In this document: piece after piece, positions 26,199 through 38,002 of the stretch | How the letters are laid out: the number at the start of each line of letters is the position of its first letter | How positions within the stretch are numbered: position 1 is the stretch's first letter | Origin: Lepidodermella squamata | Lineage: Eukaryota; Animalia; Gastrotricha | DNA length: 64,000 bases | NCBI GenBank assembly: GCA_047495785.1 | Contig: JBLDXI010000036.1 | Coordinates: 62,001 to 126,000 of the forward strand | Direction of reading: 5' to 3' | Position numbers and translations under genes: made by a program | The notes under the pieces: generated by a model | What the model saw: only the letters and a program-made list of their open reading frames with translations | Databases searched by the model: none | What the model was told of the DNA's origin: nothing

Positions 26199-28492
26199 CA
26201 AAAATAAACTTTTCAGTAGCTGGAAAATTGAATGAATGAATTTGAAGAATGGCTCTCAATTTCAACGTTCTCTTTCAGGCCATACGTTTGCGGCGCCGTT
26301 CATCTCTCTGTGTCATGGCACGCTCCGCCAAACACTGGCCGCAAAAATCGTGTGCTGATCTTGTTATTTTTGACCAAGTTCAATTTCGCAGACATTTGCT
26401 GAGGTTTTTATTACAAAAATAGATTGCTGGAAAATTTGAACGCACTCGGTATAGTGAAAAAAGTTGACGTCATTGGAAAGAAACTATAATACGAAGAAAA
26501 ATCATCCTAGTTTATTTTTGGACAATATTTTCTGGTTCATTCTACAATATTTTCGATGACATTCGATGATGGCTCGCCGAAAAATTAATCACAACGCTGA
26601 TCGAACAATAGTACCTCGGTTTTAAAAAAAACGTAACTTTTGATATTTCGCCGAATACCCGCTGATTTAGTCGAAATATGTTTGAGACAAATGGGACCAC
26701 CTGCCAACGATAGCGCAGAGGATTTAGAGCCTGTCCATGTCAGTAAATTATAATTTCTTGTTTTATAATTGACATTACAAAGACTTCACTATGTTTCGAA
26801 CAGCTTTGGACATAATCAGCGGGTATTTTCGGAGTTGTTGGCGAGAAAATCCATTTTGTTGGTGAAAGTATGCCAATCGATAGCGGTTTCCGTTGCATAG
26901 GTGAGAGTCCACAATTTGATTGTGAAAACGCAAAGTTGATGGTAGAAATTATATTTCCCCTTCCGCGTTAAAATATACCCTGAATTTGCTGGTGATTTTT
27001 TAAAATTATATAGTCAATTTTGACTCGCAAGATAGATCCTAATATTTTGATTTCAGGCCACTGGAAAATTCCAAAAATTAGCAAATTAGTCTCCGCTAAC
27101 AGGAGGACCCGAATTCAAAAAAATGATTCGACACGGTACGGCTTGGGGCAATCTTGAAGCTTCCAAGTTGACTAGAGATTTCAACCAAATAAAACGAGGA
27201 AAATTTGAAGATTTTCTACTAAAAAAGCTCCAAAACCTTAAAAAATCGCCGAAACAGGGGGATAAATTCTCATTTTTGTTGTGCGGTCTTGCCCCTCCTC
27301 TGTCGCTTACTGGAACGATTCCAAAATAATGCCACAATTGATCTCAATAAATTGGATTGATGTATAAGATACATCGTATTCCATCTTCTTTACTTCATTC
27401 TCTCACGAATAATTTCAGATCAAAAGAATCATAAAAACCTCTCGCATAAGACGTTGTCAATGAGGTAATCGCAAGTTATTGTTCTATAGTAGAAATCGCT
27501 ACTTGGATACTGATTGATTGCTTGATATTGATACGAAAAATACACGCAGCCATCAGGCGAAGAATTGATAACCCACTGCGATGCAAATTGATTGAAGTCC
27601 GAACCATCGTCCCATTTGAATACGCCGTTTTGCCCTTGAAGAGCCACCCAGTTATTGCCGATTCTTGGTGGACCTTTCAGCAGCTGTCTGGCGGCCGCCA
27701 GCTCTATATCTGACCTAATCGAAGCCATCGTAGCATTTTGTTGCGCGCATTTAGCCGAACCGGCGTCATGATTGCCTACCCCCAAAGGTAATACAAAGTA
27801 TTGCTTGACCACATTTTGACAGCTGGTCTCGTCCGCATAGTTGACTGTAGCCGGAATTCGAATTTCAGTAGCCGCGTTACAGCCTGGTCTGTCGCCGACG
27901 CATGGAACCACGGCGTCACTTTTGCCAACACAACGTAAATAGGCAGACTGTAAAATATTAAAAACATTTGTTATTCGAAATTCACACATCTTCGATTCCC
28001 TTAGCATTTCGAAGGGTACAAAAGGGCACATAATTAAGGACATTGAAAAAATCACACAAATCAATTATGCTAAACAATTCAAACTTGAAAACCCAAATCA
28101 AATTTAGATATTAGAATTTTCCTGTTTAATGGCATTAAATAAAGTACTTGTTTAAACAAGATTTTGCCTTGCTTCACCTGTGTGAGGTCTTTGGGACAGG
28201 CTGCGTATGACAGTCGATCGGAAGAATCCTTGCAGGAAACAGCTTTCTGTTAAAGAAAACCCGCATGGTATGTCAAAGCTCGAACATTTATTTAGTGTTT
28301 AAAATTACGCCGAGCAGGCAAGATTCACGGTTGACGTAAACTTGAGACGAATATTGCCGAGTTTCGCTGCTAGCATAGCAGCCAGAGTTCTGCGGTCGGC
28401 AGTTGTTGAATTTTCCAGTTGTTGAATCAAAGCAACGGATATGCGGCTTCTCGCTGATAGGAACGGTGACTGCAAGTTGAACAGATCACAAT

Positions 28493-28685
28493 TAGTGTGC
28501 GGGAGTACGTGAGGAGATGGGTATAGGGGATACGTGCACCCCACCTCGAGTGGTCCAGGCAAAAGAACCCAAAAAAACCACATGAGAACCACATAAAAAC
28601 CGCAGGACCCTGTAGCCAGATGAATTCAGAGCTGAAAATACCCAAACGTCAACCCCACCCCTCGGGGATCCTACTTCATCCACTG
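28493..28685. mobile_element. Degenerate hAT MITE (family H1)
   Basis: Ends TAGTGTGCGGGAGTAC / GATCCTACTTCATCCACTG resemble those of 57128-57278. Confidence 0.6.
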
Positions 28686-28814
28686 AAATTGGTCAAGCTA
28701 AGGCATCTTCGCTCTTGAACGAAATGCAGAACCAACAATAACTTGAGAAGTTTACTAACCTGATCAATTGGCGCAAGAAGCGAGATCGGGATACAACGTC
28801 GATTCAGTGACCTT

Positions 28815-29088
28815 TAAATAATAAAAGATACAATCTAACTTCCCTCGAAGTAATCGGTCTCTTCGTTGGAGCCCGTGGTACCATCACCAAGTTCTTCCGC
28901 GACTTCGCAAAACGTCTCGAACTACCGCAGTCACTCATGTGCGACATCGTCATTTCAACGATAAAAGACTCATGCAAAATCATAAATAATCATTTGTACA
29001 GAAAGAATTAGTTAAATGTAAATACCCGCGTCTATAGGCAAACTGTTACTTAGTATCAGTCGGATCATTGTTTTAACAATAAACTACT
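28815..29088 (+). mobile_element. 5'-truncated non-LTR retrotransposon (RLE type; R2/NeSL/Utopia-like), 3' end
   Basis: KRYNLTSLEVIGLFVGARGTITKFF...CKIINNHLYRKN* (stop 29008-10), 3'UTR, AATAAA-CTACT tail, ACCTT target duplication. Confidence 0.75.
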
Positions 29089-30406
29089 ACCTTGTTAAAC
29101 TGAATCTTGGTCGAAAAATACAACTTACCCAATTGTTCGGGCAAAAGTAAGGCTCTGGAACACAGGTTTTGGTAACGTCAGTAGAAGTGCATCGTCTGAA
29201 TTTTAATTTCTAGAAAAATGATACAAACAATTATTAATAGAGTTTGGGATTTCAGCAATTCCGGAATTCTCACATCGAAAACAGCTCTTTTCTTCTCGCA
29301 TTCGTTTAGGTTGTAACGGAGATTGAGAGTCGGCAACCGGTTTCCGAACCAGAAAAGCTGGGAAAAATGGAGACAATTTATTTCTGGATTAATAAAAGTT
29401 ATTTTTGCTCACGTTCATTTCACCGGGTCTGTTGCAGCCAACATTTCCGGGCATTCACTTTGGAGTTAGAGCCTCGTATTTGTAGCACATCCGAGCATTC
29501 TACATAATTTTGAGAAACATTATTCTCCAAGACAAAGAATAGGGAAATAATCCTTACTCCTCGTTCGCAAACGCCAATCTTTCGAAAAATTTGGGCCCAA
29601 CTGTCAATAAAGAGAAAATACCAATAAAGAATAAAGATTTCTGTAGATAATTCGACTGACTAACCGAATATTCGGTGAGTAGATTACAGGCATTGGAAGC
29701 CAGTACGCAAGACGTGTATCTATTGCTTAGCTGCGAGAAGCATCGCATCCAATTCAAAGGCTTGCTACTTTTAGCTAGCCCAACAACCACAACACAAAGC
29801 ATAAACAAATGACAGGTATTCATTATCCGAAATAACCGAAATAAATTCTAGACTTCAATAAATGAATTAATGAAAAAATAAAGTGAATTAGAAATGAGGT
29901 CGATTTTCCCTCGATGACAGACAGAAACTTCTTTTTTTAAATTTTTACGCGCCGCACGCTTTCGTCTCACATATCAACAATAGCCTTTTGGCTGGGAAAT
30001 TGAAGGCTATAGCAAAAAATCCCGATTATCTAAAGATAGCTCGTCTCTTGGCCAAAGTTCATTTGCGATTCGAGACAAAAAAAATCGATCCGGAAAGTAA
30101 AACGGTGTTCTGATTTCCTAACAACAGACATAAGACGCCTGTTTTTGAGTTCATTCAAGCATTTGTGAATTACGTAATCGAAATCACGCGTCCTCGAGAT
30201 TTTTCCGATTTATCGCGAGCCCTGCCTAGGGGCGCAAAAAAACCTGGAAAGCTTTATGATGAAATGCAGACAAATCGCAAGGTCACCTATTTTTAGAAAG
30301 TGTCGCCAGACAACGCGTGTGAAGAATAGCTATCTATGAAACTATAACGCTCATTTTCATTCTAGCATTTGTTCTCTTTTTTGATAATAAAGACCTTTTT
30401 ATTATA

Positions 30407-31830
30407 ATGGCTATTCGCATTATAATTTTCCTGGGCTTTGCTGGATCGGCCTTCTCAGTCGACTACAAGCGCTGCTTTTCCCGGGTCAATGATACCTTTA
30501 CTGGTTGTAAATTGGCCTGCTCTTTCTTCGACGAAGTTCAACTCGGACTCGCTTTGCCGTCAACTGCCAGTTGCTTACAAGGGGTGAGATTCTGCGATTT
30601 TCAGAATCAAAATTAAATATTAAAGTGTGTTTATTTCAGTCCGCTAGAAGCTGTTTCAACTACAAAAGAATCAACGTGCGGTGTGTCCCTCGCAACTTGG
30701 CCTGTTCATCGATCGATGAAGTCATGGTTAGCCGTGAAGATTTTTTTGATATTTTCCGTAAATTTCATTACTTCACATATAGACAACTGAGTTTCTGGGC
30801 AATAATTTCGAAACACAGTATAAATTTTGCAGGACAACTGTCAAAAACTTTCTGGTCAGTCTTTTCTCTATTCAATATTTAATTGTTAAATGCGATTTTT
30901 TTAGAATGTTCAAGCTAAGCTATGCGACAAAAATGGCCAGCGAACTTGTATTCCAATCAATGGATCACGTCCTAAGGGTGGGGTAAGTGGAAAATATTGA
31001 ATAAATTGGACTTATTTTTTCCCAATTTTAGAAAATTATTGGTTATTGGACTAGGACGTTGATGTGTATGGGGCAAGAAAATCGTGAGTTTCTCGATCGA
31101 TGGCAATTATTTTTGAATTATTCATTTGTTTAGTTGTGAGAAGCGACGCAGATTTCGTGTCGCACTATCGATGCTTTCTTCAAAGCGACCGGTCATTTGC
31201 GGGCTGCCGAACAACACCTTGCAAAGCGGACAGCATGACGCAGGTAAGCCGATGATTCATTTGATTTTCGCTCATTGAAATTTATTTTCTTTTATTCAGT
31301 CCTATAGTCAGTGACTTTGATTTGATTTGATTTGATTTGATTTATTCAGTAAATCACAGGTCTTTGTAAATCAATCATTTCAAATCAAATCCCCAAAAAA
31401 TCGATAGTAAATCAATCAAATCAAATCATCAGGCCTGTTTAAATCAAATCAAATCAAATCTTTCGCATAGGGAAACATGAGTATCATGGTAAATTTCTGG
31501 GGATTCTTTCAAATTTCAAGCTTCGTTTTAGCACTATGAGTATGAAGGGGCATGAATAGCTCCAGGCTTTGGAAAACAGTAGTTTTCAAGGCAAATGTGA
31601 GTTCTCATGTTTAGCAACAGGGGAATTCCGAGAGTTCTTATTTTTATAAATCAGCAGTAAATCAAAAATCAAATGGGCTAAATTTAAATCAAATCAAATC
31701 ATCTTGAAATTTTCTAAATCAAATCATCAAAAAATGGCCTAAATCAAATCAAGTCTCTGCCTATAGTGCAGGAGCATACATAGATGAAGCTCATCTAGAT
31801 GAAGCTCATTGCGTCGCTCTAATCATCAAC
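30407..31830 (+). pseudogene. Type A 4-Cys gene disrupted by a MITE and truncated
   Basis: Six open exons (MAIRIIIFLG...RCFSRVNDTFTGC | SARSCFNYK | TTEFLGNNF | NVQAKLC | KIIGYW | HYRCFLQSDRSF). Exon 7 is interrupted at 31309; no CTLD exons follow. Confidence 0.8.
31309..31759. mobile_element. hAT MITE with (AAATC)n subterminal repeats
   Basis: TIR CAGTGACTTTGATTTG / CAAATCAAGTCTCTG; 8-bp TSD CCTATAGT. Confidence 0.9.
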
Positions 31831-31967
31831 TGGTCAAAACAAAATCGCCTCTCTGAATATTTTCCAGTCCTTGTACGATCACGCGAAAATCTAAGTACAT
31901 TACGCCAATCCTACGACCATTTTCAAATATTTTGACACTGATGGCGAGTTGAAAATTTTTTAACGAG

Positions 31968-32849
31968 ATGGGAGAAGCGACTTTCATGGGAGACATCCAA
32001 AACATGACTCATGTGACTTTCAATACTAATTCTATGGTTCCAATTTTGATGATGTTGAAAAACTACGATCTCCACAATTTTCTTCGGAGAATCGTCCAGC
32101 CCATTCTCGATCGAACTTCCGCAACGGAAATCGATGTATCCATTTTAATTTCAGCGGCATTGGGGATATTGCTACCAAGACCACGTGATGAATTGGCTAA
32201 ACTATTTAAGCGATTTGTTATGGTAGATTCAGCAAAGTGGGATAATTCTTACAAAATCGGAGTTCAAATTCGACTGGGAGATGAAAATGAATTCTTCATG
32301 GACCCTGAAGAAGTTTTGTGTTACGGCGAATGGTTGCCAAACAAATTCTAGCTGCTAACAGGTCTAAATTCATAATTTTCCTAACTGCAGACAAATTATT
32401 GGAGTCAAGCCGGTCTCTAATTAAGGAATCGATTATTCAAAAAATCAATAATCGATCGATCGAAATCGATATTGTGTCTACGAGCGATCGATGCCCCGAA
32501 GTCGAAGCTCACCATTCTCAATATGATGCCAAAAGATGCGAGTCAGACCTGGTTGTTCTACGCACGGACTTTCCTCGATTTCTACGTTCTGACACGCATT
32601 GATGAACTCGTGATTTCGCGTAGTGGTTACAGCGAAATGGCCTCATTTCACAGCCTGCGACCCACTTTGCGGTACTTTGTAGAAAATGTAGATTCGCCGA
32701 GAGAGGCGTTGGTAAAATCGTGCCTCTTGAGCATGGCTATGGTGAAGCGATTCGGTTTGAGAATGCTGGCAAAGGTATGTCTTGCCAGTTTCAACATTTC
32801 AACCGAATCGGCACAACGTTCGCTTTTGAAGTTTGTGATTGAAAGTTGA
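31968..32849 (+). pseudogene. Fucosyltransferase-like (alpha-1,2/1,6 superfamily) remnant
   Basis: Three overlapping frames carry motif I KIGVQIRLGD, motif II IIFLTAD and motif III FLDFYVLTRIDELVISRSGYS; two frameshifts and no evident introns. Confidence 0.65.
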
Positions 32850-33184
32850 CAGAATTCGATGAAATTAAAACGATGCGTCCCGCTGTCACCATGCATAATG
32901 AAATGCCGACTTTATTCAGCTGATTTGCGCAAAAAAATATTTTATATTTAATTAAGTTACGGGATTTTAAGATAACAGGATGGCATGAATTATAGCAAGA
33001 AAAAAAATCAATATCAACTGACATGTTGCTCATGATCAAGTGCATTTGGCCTTATAAGCAACAGCCAGAATTGAATTCAAGTCGCAGCATACCTAAAAGA
33101 TGCCAGAAACGATTAATCACTTTAATTAGGTTTAGATATAGATGCAAAATGATGACAGTAAACACAGACAGTCATCGATGATCA

Positions 33185-34683
33185 TCACTCGACGGAGATC
33201 TCGCAAACGACGTGCTGGCTCATACTAAAAACTTCAAAGCACCCAGCTCGGTTCAGGTGTACGAAGGCCGCGTCGCCGTCAAGAGTCAAATGAACCATCG
33301 CGCACGGTGCTTCCTCATCCGGAAGGAAAGTCCAAAATCCATGAGGTGCTTCATCAATGATAGATCCATCCGCCCATTTCACAACACCATCGATATAGAA
33401 TGCCCCGACCCATGCGCGATCTACGTTCAGAAATGCCATCAGCTGCCTGATTGCAGCCATGTCATCAGCTGTTTTCACCGTAGCAATTCTCAAGTTTGCA
33501 TTCTCGCACGTAGACGTAGCGTAGGTCACGTTGAAGTTGAATTCTTTCGAAAGGATCGTGTATTGCCTAACGGCGCTTATGCCGAGGTGATAAGTCTCAC
33601 AAACAGCGCTTTTCGAGTAGGCTTCACATAGATGATCGTTCAATTTGAGGTTGTCCAACGATTCCCAGTCAAATTGGGTATATTCCACGCACATTTCACC
33701 GCCCGGCTCGCCTGGTGCCCACAGGTGAAACGCCGTGAAAGCAGAGCCGTCAATCCATTGGAAGGCGCCGGAATACTTGTCCAAGCCTATCCATCCCGAG
33801 GAGAAGCCTGCAATCGCAAGAGCTGACCGAATTCGTCCTTGTTCTTGCAGTGTTTTGACAGTAGCGAGTTGCCCAGATTTAGCCACACAAAGGTCTCGCG
33901 CCTCGCTGCGACTGATATCCCTCTGCTTGTTAGCTATGAAGATCGTTTTAACGGCGCTGTTGCATAATCTTTCGGAGGGAAAAAATGAATCGAGCGGGAA
34001 GGGGACTTCTTCCCGTTCGCAGCCGGCAGTTGCCAATCTGCAAGTTACCCTGCCACCCCTTGTTTTCGCCACGCATCTCACATAGCTACCATTCTATATA
34101 GGTAGTTTTAAATTCAATTAAATTTGTGAAAAAGGCACATGTTTTGCCAGAACATTCAAAGCAAATTAGGGTAAGGTTACCTAAATCTGCTTAAAAAAAT
34201 CCATTTTTTTTCAAACGATGAGGTTCAAGACCTTAATGTGTCTTATACCAATTCAACCATGCTGAATTCGAATTTTGATGAATTGGAATCTCCCGGCTCG
34301 CCTGGTGCCCACAGGTGAAACGCCGTGAAAGCAGAGCCGTCAATCCATTGGAAGGCGCCGGAATACTTGTCCAAGCCTATCCATCCCGAGGAGAAGCCTG
34401 CAATCGCAAGAGCTGACCGAATTCGTCCTTGTTCTTGCAGTGTTTTGACAGTAGCGAGTTGCCCAGATTTAGCCACACAAAGGTCTCGCGCCTCGCTGCG
34501 ACTGATATCCCTCTGCTTGTTAGCTATGAAGATCGTTTTAACGGCGCTGTTGCATAATCTTTCGGAGGGAAAAAATGAATCGAGCGGGAAGGGGACTTCT
34601 TCCCGTTCGCAGCCGGCAGTTGCCAATCTGCAAGTTACCCTGCCACCCCTTGTTTTCGCCACGCATCTCACATAGCTACCATT
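33185..34683 (-). pseudogene. Orphaned duplicate of the terminal exon(s) of the giant CTLD gene
   Basis: Identical to 46993-48491, but its upstream exons are not included in this duplication unit. Confidence 0.75.
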
Positions 34684-34881
34684 CTATATAGGTAGTTTTA
34701 AATTCAATTAAATTTGTGAAAAAGGCACATGTTTTGCCAGAACATTCAAAGCAAATTAGGGTAAGGTTACCTAAATCTGCTTAAAAAAATCCATTTTTTT
34801 TCAAACGATGAGGTTCAAGACCTTAATGTGTCTTATACCAATTCAACCATGCTGAATTCGAATTTTGATGAATTGGAATCT
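33702..34881. repeat. 590-bp direct tandem duplication
   Basis: 33702-34291 equals 34292-34881; CC microhomology at the junction. Confidence 0.95.
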
Positions 34882-35013
34882 CCTGGCACAGTCCATCGGA
34901 AACTATCGGGAACTTGGCAAATGACGTTATTCTACGGCCAGATTTGGACTTAGCATGATAAAATTAGGTAGTGTAAGAAAAAGGACAGCAAGATTCGCTT
35001 TTGCATGCATTTT

Positions 35014-35351
35014 CATTGTGTGACCACTTAAAAGTCCAATCCAATGCGCACGCTGATTGGTCAATCGATCGTTGCTACGACTCCCGGATGAAACGTTCAG
35101 TCGTGCGATCCATAAGATTTTTTGCAACAAGTGTTTTTTGCCGCAGTAGTTTACCACGATTAATATGGAGTTTACGCTCGTGGTCAATGGAAACCGGGCA
35201 GAGGGCGTGGCAAGGTCATTTTTTAAATAAATATAAAATATTTTATTAGTGGATCGCACGACGGAAATGTTTCATTCCGGACTCATTATCAACGATAAAT
35301 TGGCCAATCAGCGTGCGCGCCTAAGTTAAACTTACCAGTGGTTCCACAATG
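35014..35351. mobile_element. Degenerate foldback/MITE
   Basis: ~100-bp imperfect inverted arms (GCGCACGCTGATTGGTCAAT / ATTGGCCAATCAGCGTGCGC; GTCGTGCGATCCA / TGGATCGCACGAC). Confidence 0.6.
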
Positions 35352-35433
35352 CTAGCCTTGAATTGGGAGTTAGGCAATCGCTAATATACCTAATTTCTTT
35401 CAGCCATTTTATTTCGATGCGCATTTTGCTGTA

Positions 35434-36320
35434 CCGGGGCGGGGTACAATTGTGACAGGTACAAGGTACAAGTTTGACAACTTTTTTTCTACGACCTTAT
35501 GGCCTACCTGCGGTTGACTTCCCAAAATTTTGGAAAAATATCTAACAAATCCCTTGGCTCCTGTACAATAAGGGTATCGATTTTTCTGAATTCGATTCCA
35601 TTATTGACTGCTGATTTTTGGAATCGAATCCTCGAAAACCCTAAAATCACCCCTCTGGATCACCAGGGCGGTTTTGGATAGAATTCTTTACACCAAAATG
35701 AAGCTGGCGTTTAGGTGGTAATAATTGAAGTGAAAGCAGTCAATTTTAAAGAGCCAGTTCCAGGTAAATTACCTGCAAAGTAGCGATTCTGGAGGAGCAA
35801 GTTTGATAACTCGTTAGAACGATTTTTACAGCAGGTACAATTTTGACAACTCAGAAAGCTACCTTGAAAGACTTCTTAATCAAGTTTTGGATGGCACTCC
35901 GATAAAGCCCGTCTCATGTAGATAATTCTAGAATTTTTCACAAATTCTAGTACCGTTCGTTTATTTTTGGTGAGTTTCGAAGCAATACCTTGAAAACAGC
36001 GTTTTAATAAAAAATCAACAAATCTCAATTACCACCACGTACACGATGAATCACTGCTGACGCTAGATGATCAAGTTGAAATAGGGGCATTACCATAGAG
36101 TTGTCAAAGTTATACCAACTTGTCAAAATTGTACCTTTCTTTCGGGCCATTTTCCTCGTATGAAATACCTGGATCAGGCCGTGTAAAAATTACAAAAACT
36201 ATGCCCAGGGCAAGGGGGTTCTAACGGTGTAAAAATTTGGTTAGAATTCACCTAAATTGATTTTCTAGAATGTTTTACCAAGTTGTACCTTTTTGTTGTC
36301 AAAATTGTACCGTTCCCCGG
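35434..36320. mobile_element. Non-autonomous Tc1/pogo-type element
   Basis: TA|CCGGGGCGGGGTACAATTGTGACA ... TGTCAAAATTGTACCGTTCCCCGG|TA; internal GGTACAA-TTGACAAC repeats. Confidence 0.85.
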
Positions 36321-36759
36321 TATGTTTATTTGAAAGGTTCAAACTTGTTAAGCATAGTTTAGTTTATAAATCCACAAAATTTGAACCCAATAGGACGCAA
36401 ATTGAGCGAGTATGCAGTTTAGGTTCAGAAGTGAAGTTTTTATGCAGATTTATAGCACCCTCGAGCGATTTTAAATTTTTGTCTTTTTTGACTTTCATAA
36501 ACGATGGCTCCCTAACGGTGAGGTGTTGGCTTATGAGATTTTGTGAGCTTACTGGAATGGGTTCTGACTGCTCATGCTAAAATTTGAGCCCGGAGATCCT
36601 CATGGTTATGGACTGACAAGCGTTTGAAAAAATTGGAAATTTTTTATCCAGATTTATGGACGACAGCCGATAGCCATCAACGGTTTCATCAAAGTCGGTA
36701 AACAACATTAGGTCCCATATTCAGCAATGGTTTGCCGTAGCAACATTTTGAACTTTCAT

Positions 36760-37961
36760 AACTCAGCTTCAACAGAACAGTTTTCTGTTGAAATCAGCAC
36801 CCATGCGGTATACGAAGGTATGATTGATATTCCATATGGCATCCTCATTCGCACAACCATGCAAATTCTTCAGCCCGACCAATCAGTCGCCGAACCAAAC
36901 AAAGATGCTGTTAGGGTAATTCAAAATATTGTAAATGTTACGCTTGATCCAAGCCTTGTAAATTAAATTACTAGGAGCTATTTGGCTGTGTTTGTCGGCG
37001 GAAAGACTTGTTGAAATTGGTGCAGTTACTGTCGAACAGTGATCTAGGTCTCAGCGCTAACCTCGAAGACGACGATGAGTGTTCTTTGTTGTACCTTGCA
37101 GCTCGGGAAGGCTGCAACGACTTTGTGGAAATTCTGGTCAGGCATTTTCAGGCAGACATTGAGTTTCGTAATGGGAGTGGCAGTACACCAATGCACATTG
37201 CCGCCGAGAAAGGCCACGTCGAGGTGGTGAGGATGTTGGCTAGCGAGTTCAACGCCGACGTGAAAATGGCCGACAATTATGGCATTACACCACTGTACGT
37301 CGCCGCCGAGAATGGCCACGTCGAGGTGGTGAGGATGTTGGCTGGTGAGTTCAACGCCGACGTGAATATGGCCAGAATAAATGGCTGGACGCCACTGTAC
37401 ATCGCCGCCTGGTATGGCGACGTCCAGGTGGTGAGGGTGTTGGCAGGCGAGTCCAACGCTGACGTGAATAAGGCCAGCAAAGATGGCTGGACGCCACTGT
37501 ACATCGCCGCCTGGAATGGCGACGTCGAGATGTTGAGGGTGTTGGCTGGCGAGTTCAACGCCGACGTAAATAAGGCCAATATTTATGGCGGTACGCCAAT
37601 GTACATCGCCGCCTGGAGTGGCGACGTCGAGGTGGTGAGGATGTTGGCTGGCGAGTTCAACGCTGACGTGAATAAGGCGGACAATTATGTCATCACACCA
37701 CTGTACGTCGCCGCCGGGAATGGCGACGTAGAGGTGGTGAGGGTGTTGGCTGGCGAGTTCAACGCCGACGTGAATAAGGCCAACAAAGATGGCTGGACGC
37801 CACTGTACGTCGCAGCCAAGAATGGCCACGTCAAGGTGGTGAGGATGCTGACTGGCGAGTTCAACGCCGACGTGAATAAGGCCAACAAAGATGGCCGTAC
37901 GCCACTGCACATCGCCGTCTTCTTAGGCCACGTCGAAGTAGTGAAGGCTCTGGGTGGCTAA
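36760..37961 (+). pseudogene. 5'-truncated copy 3 of the kinase-ankyrin gene (ankyrin exon intact)
   Basis: Begins at the duplication junction inside kinase exon 5; ORF 37008-37961 is identical to 23200-24153. Confidence 0.85.
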
Positions 37962-38002
37962 GCTTTCTGCTGATTAAGCCACCCAGAGTTGAGGGCTGTG
38001 AT

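Larger units (their letters stand above)
27429..29823 (-). pseudogene. Type B 4-Cys + CTLD gene, pseudogenised
   Basis: 43-nt exon 2 (+1 frameshift), TGA in exon 3 (PK*MPG) and in exon 6, LINE and MITE insertions; terminal CTLD exon still open. Confidence 0.8.

Noticed and set aside
26650-26830. Short imperfect inverted repeats (also 58677-58846)
   Set aside because: Probably old MITE remnants, but too degenerate to delimit.
36727-36966. Chimeric ORF across the duplication junction
   Set aside because: It is out of frame with the kinase exon and reads through an intron; likely incidental.
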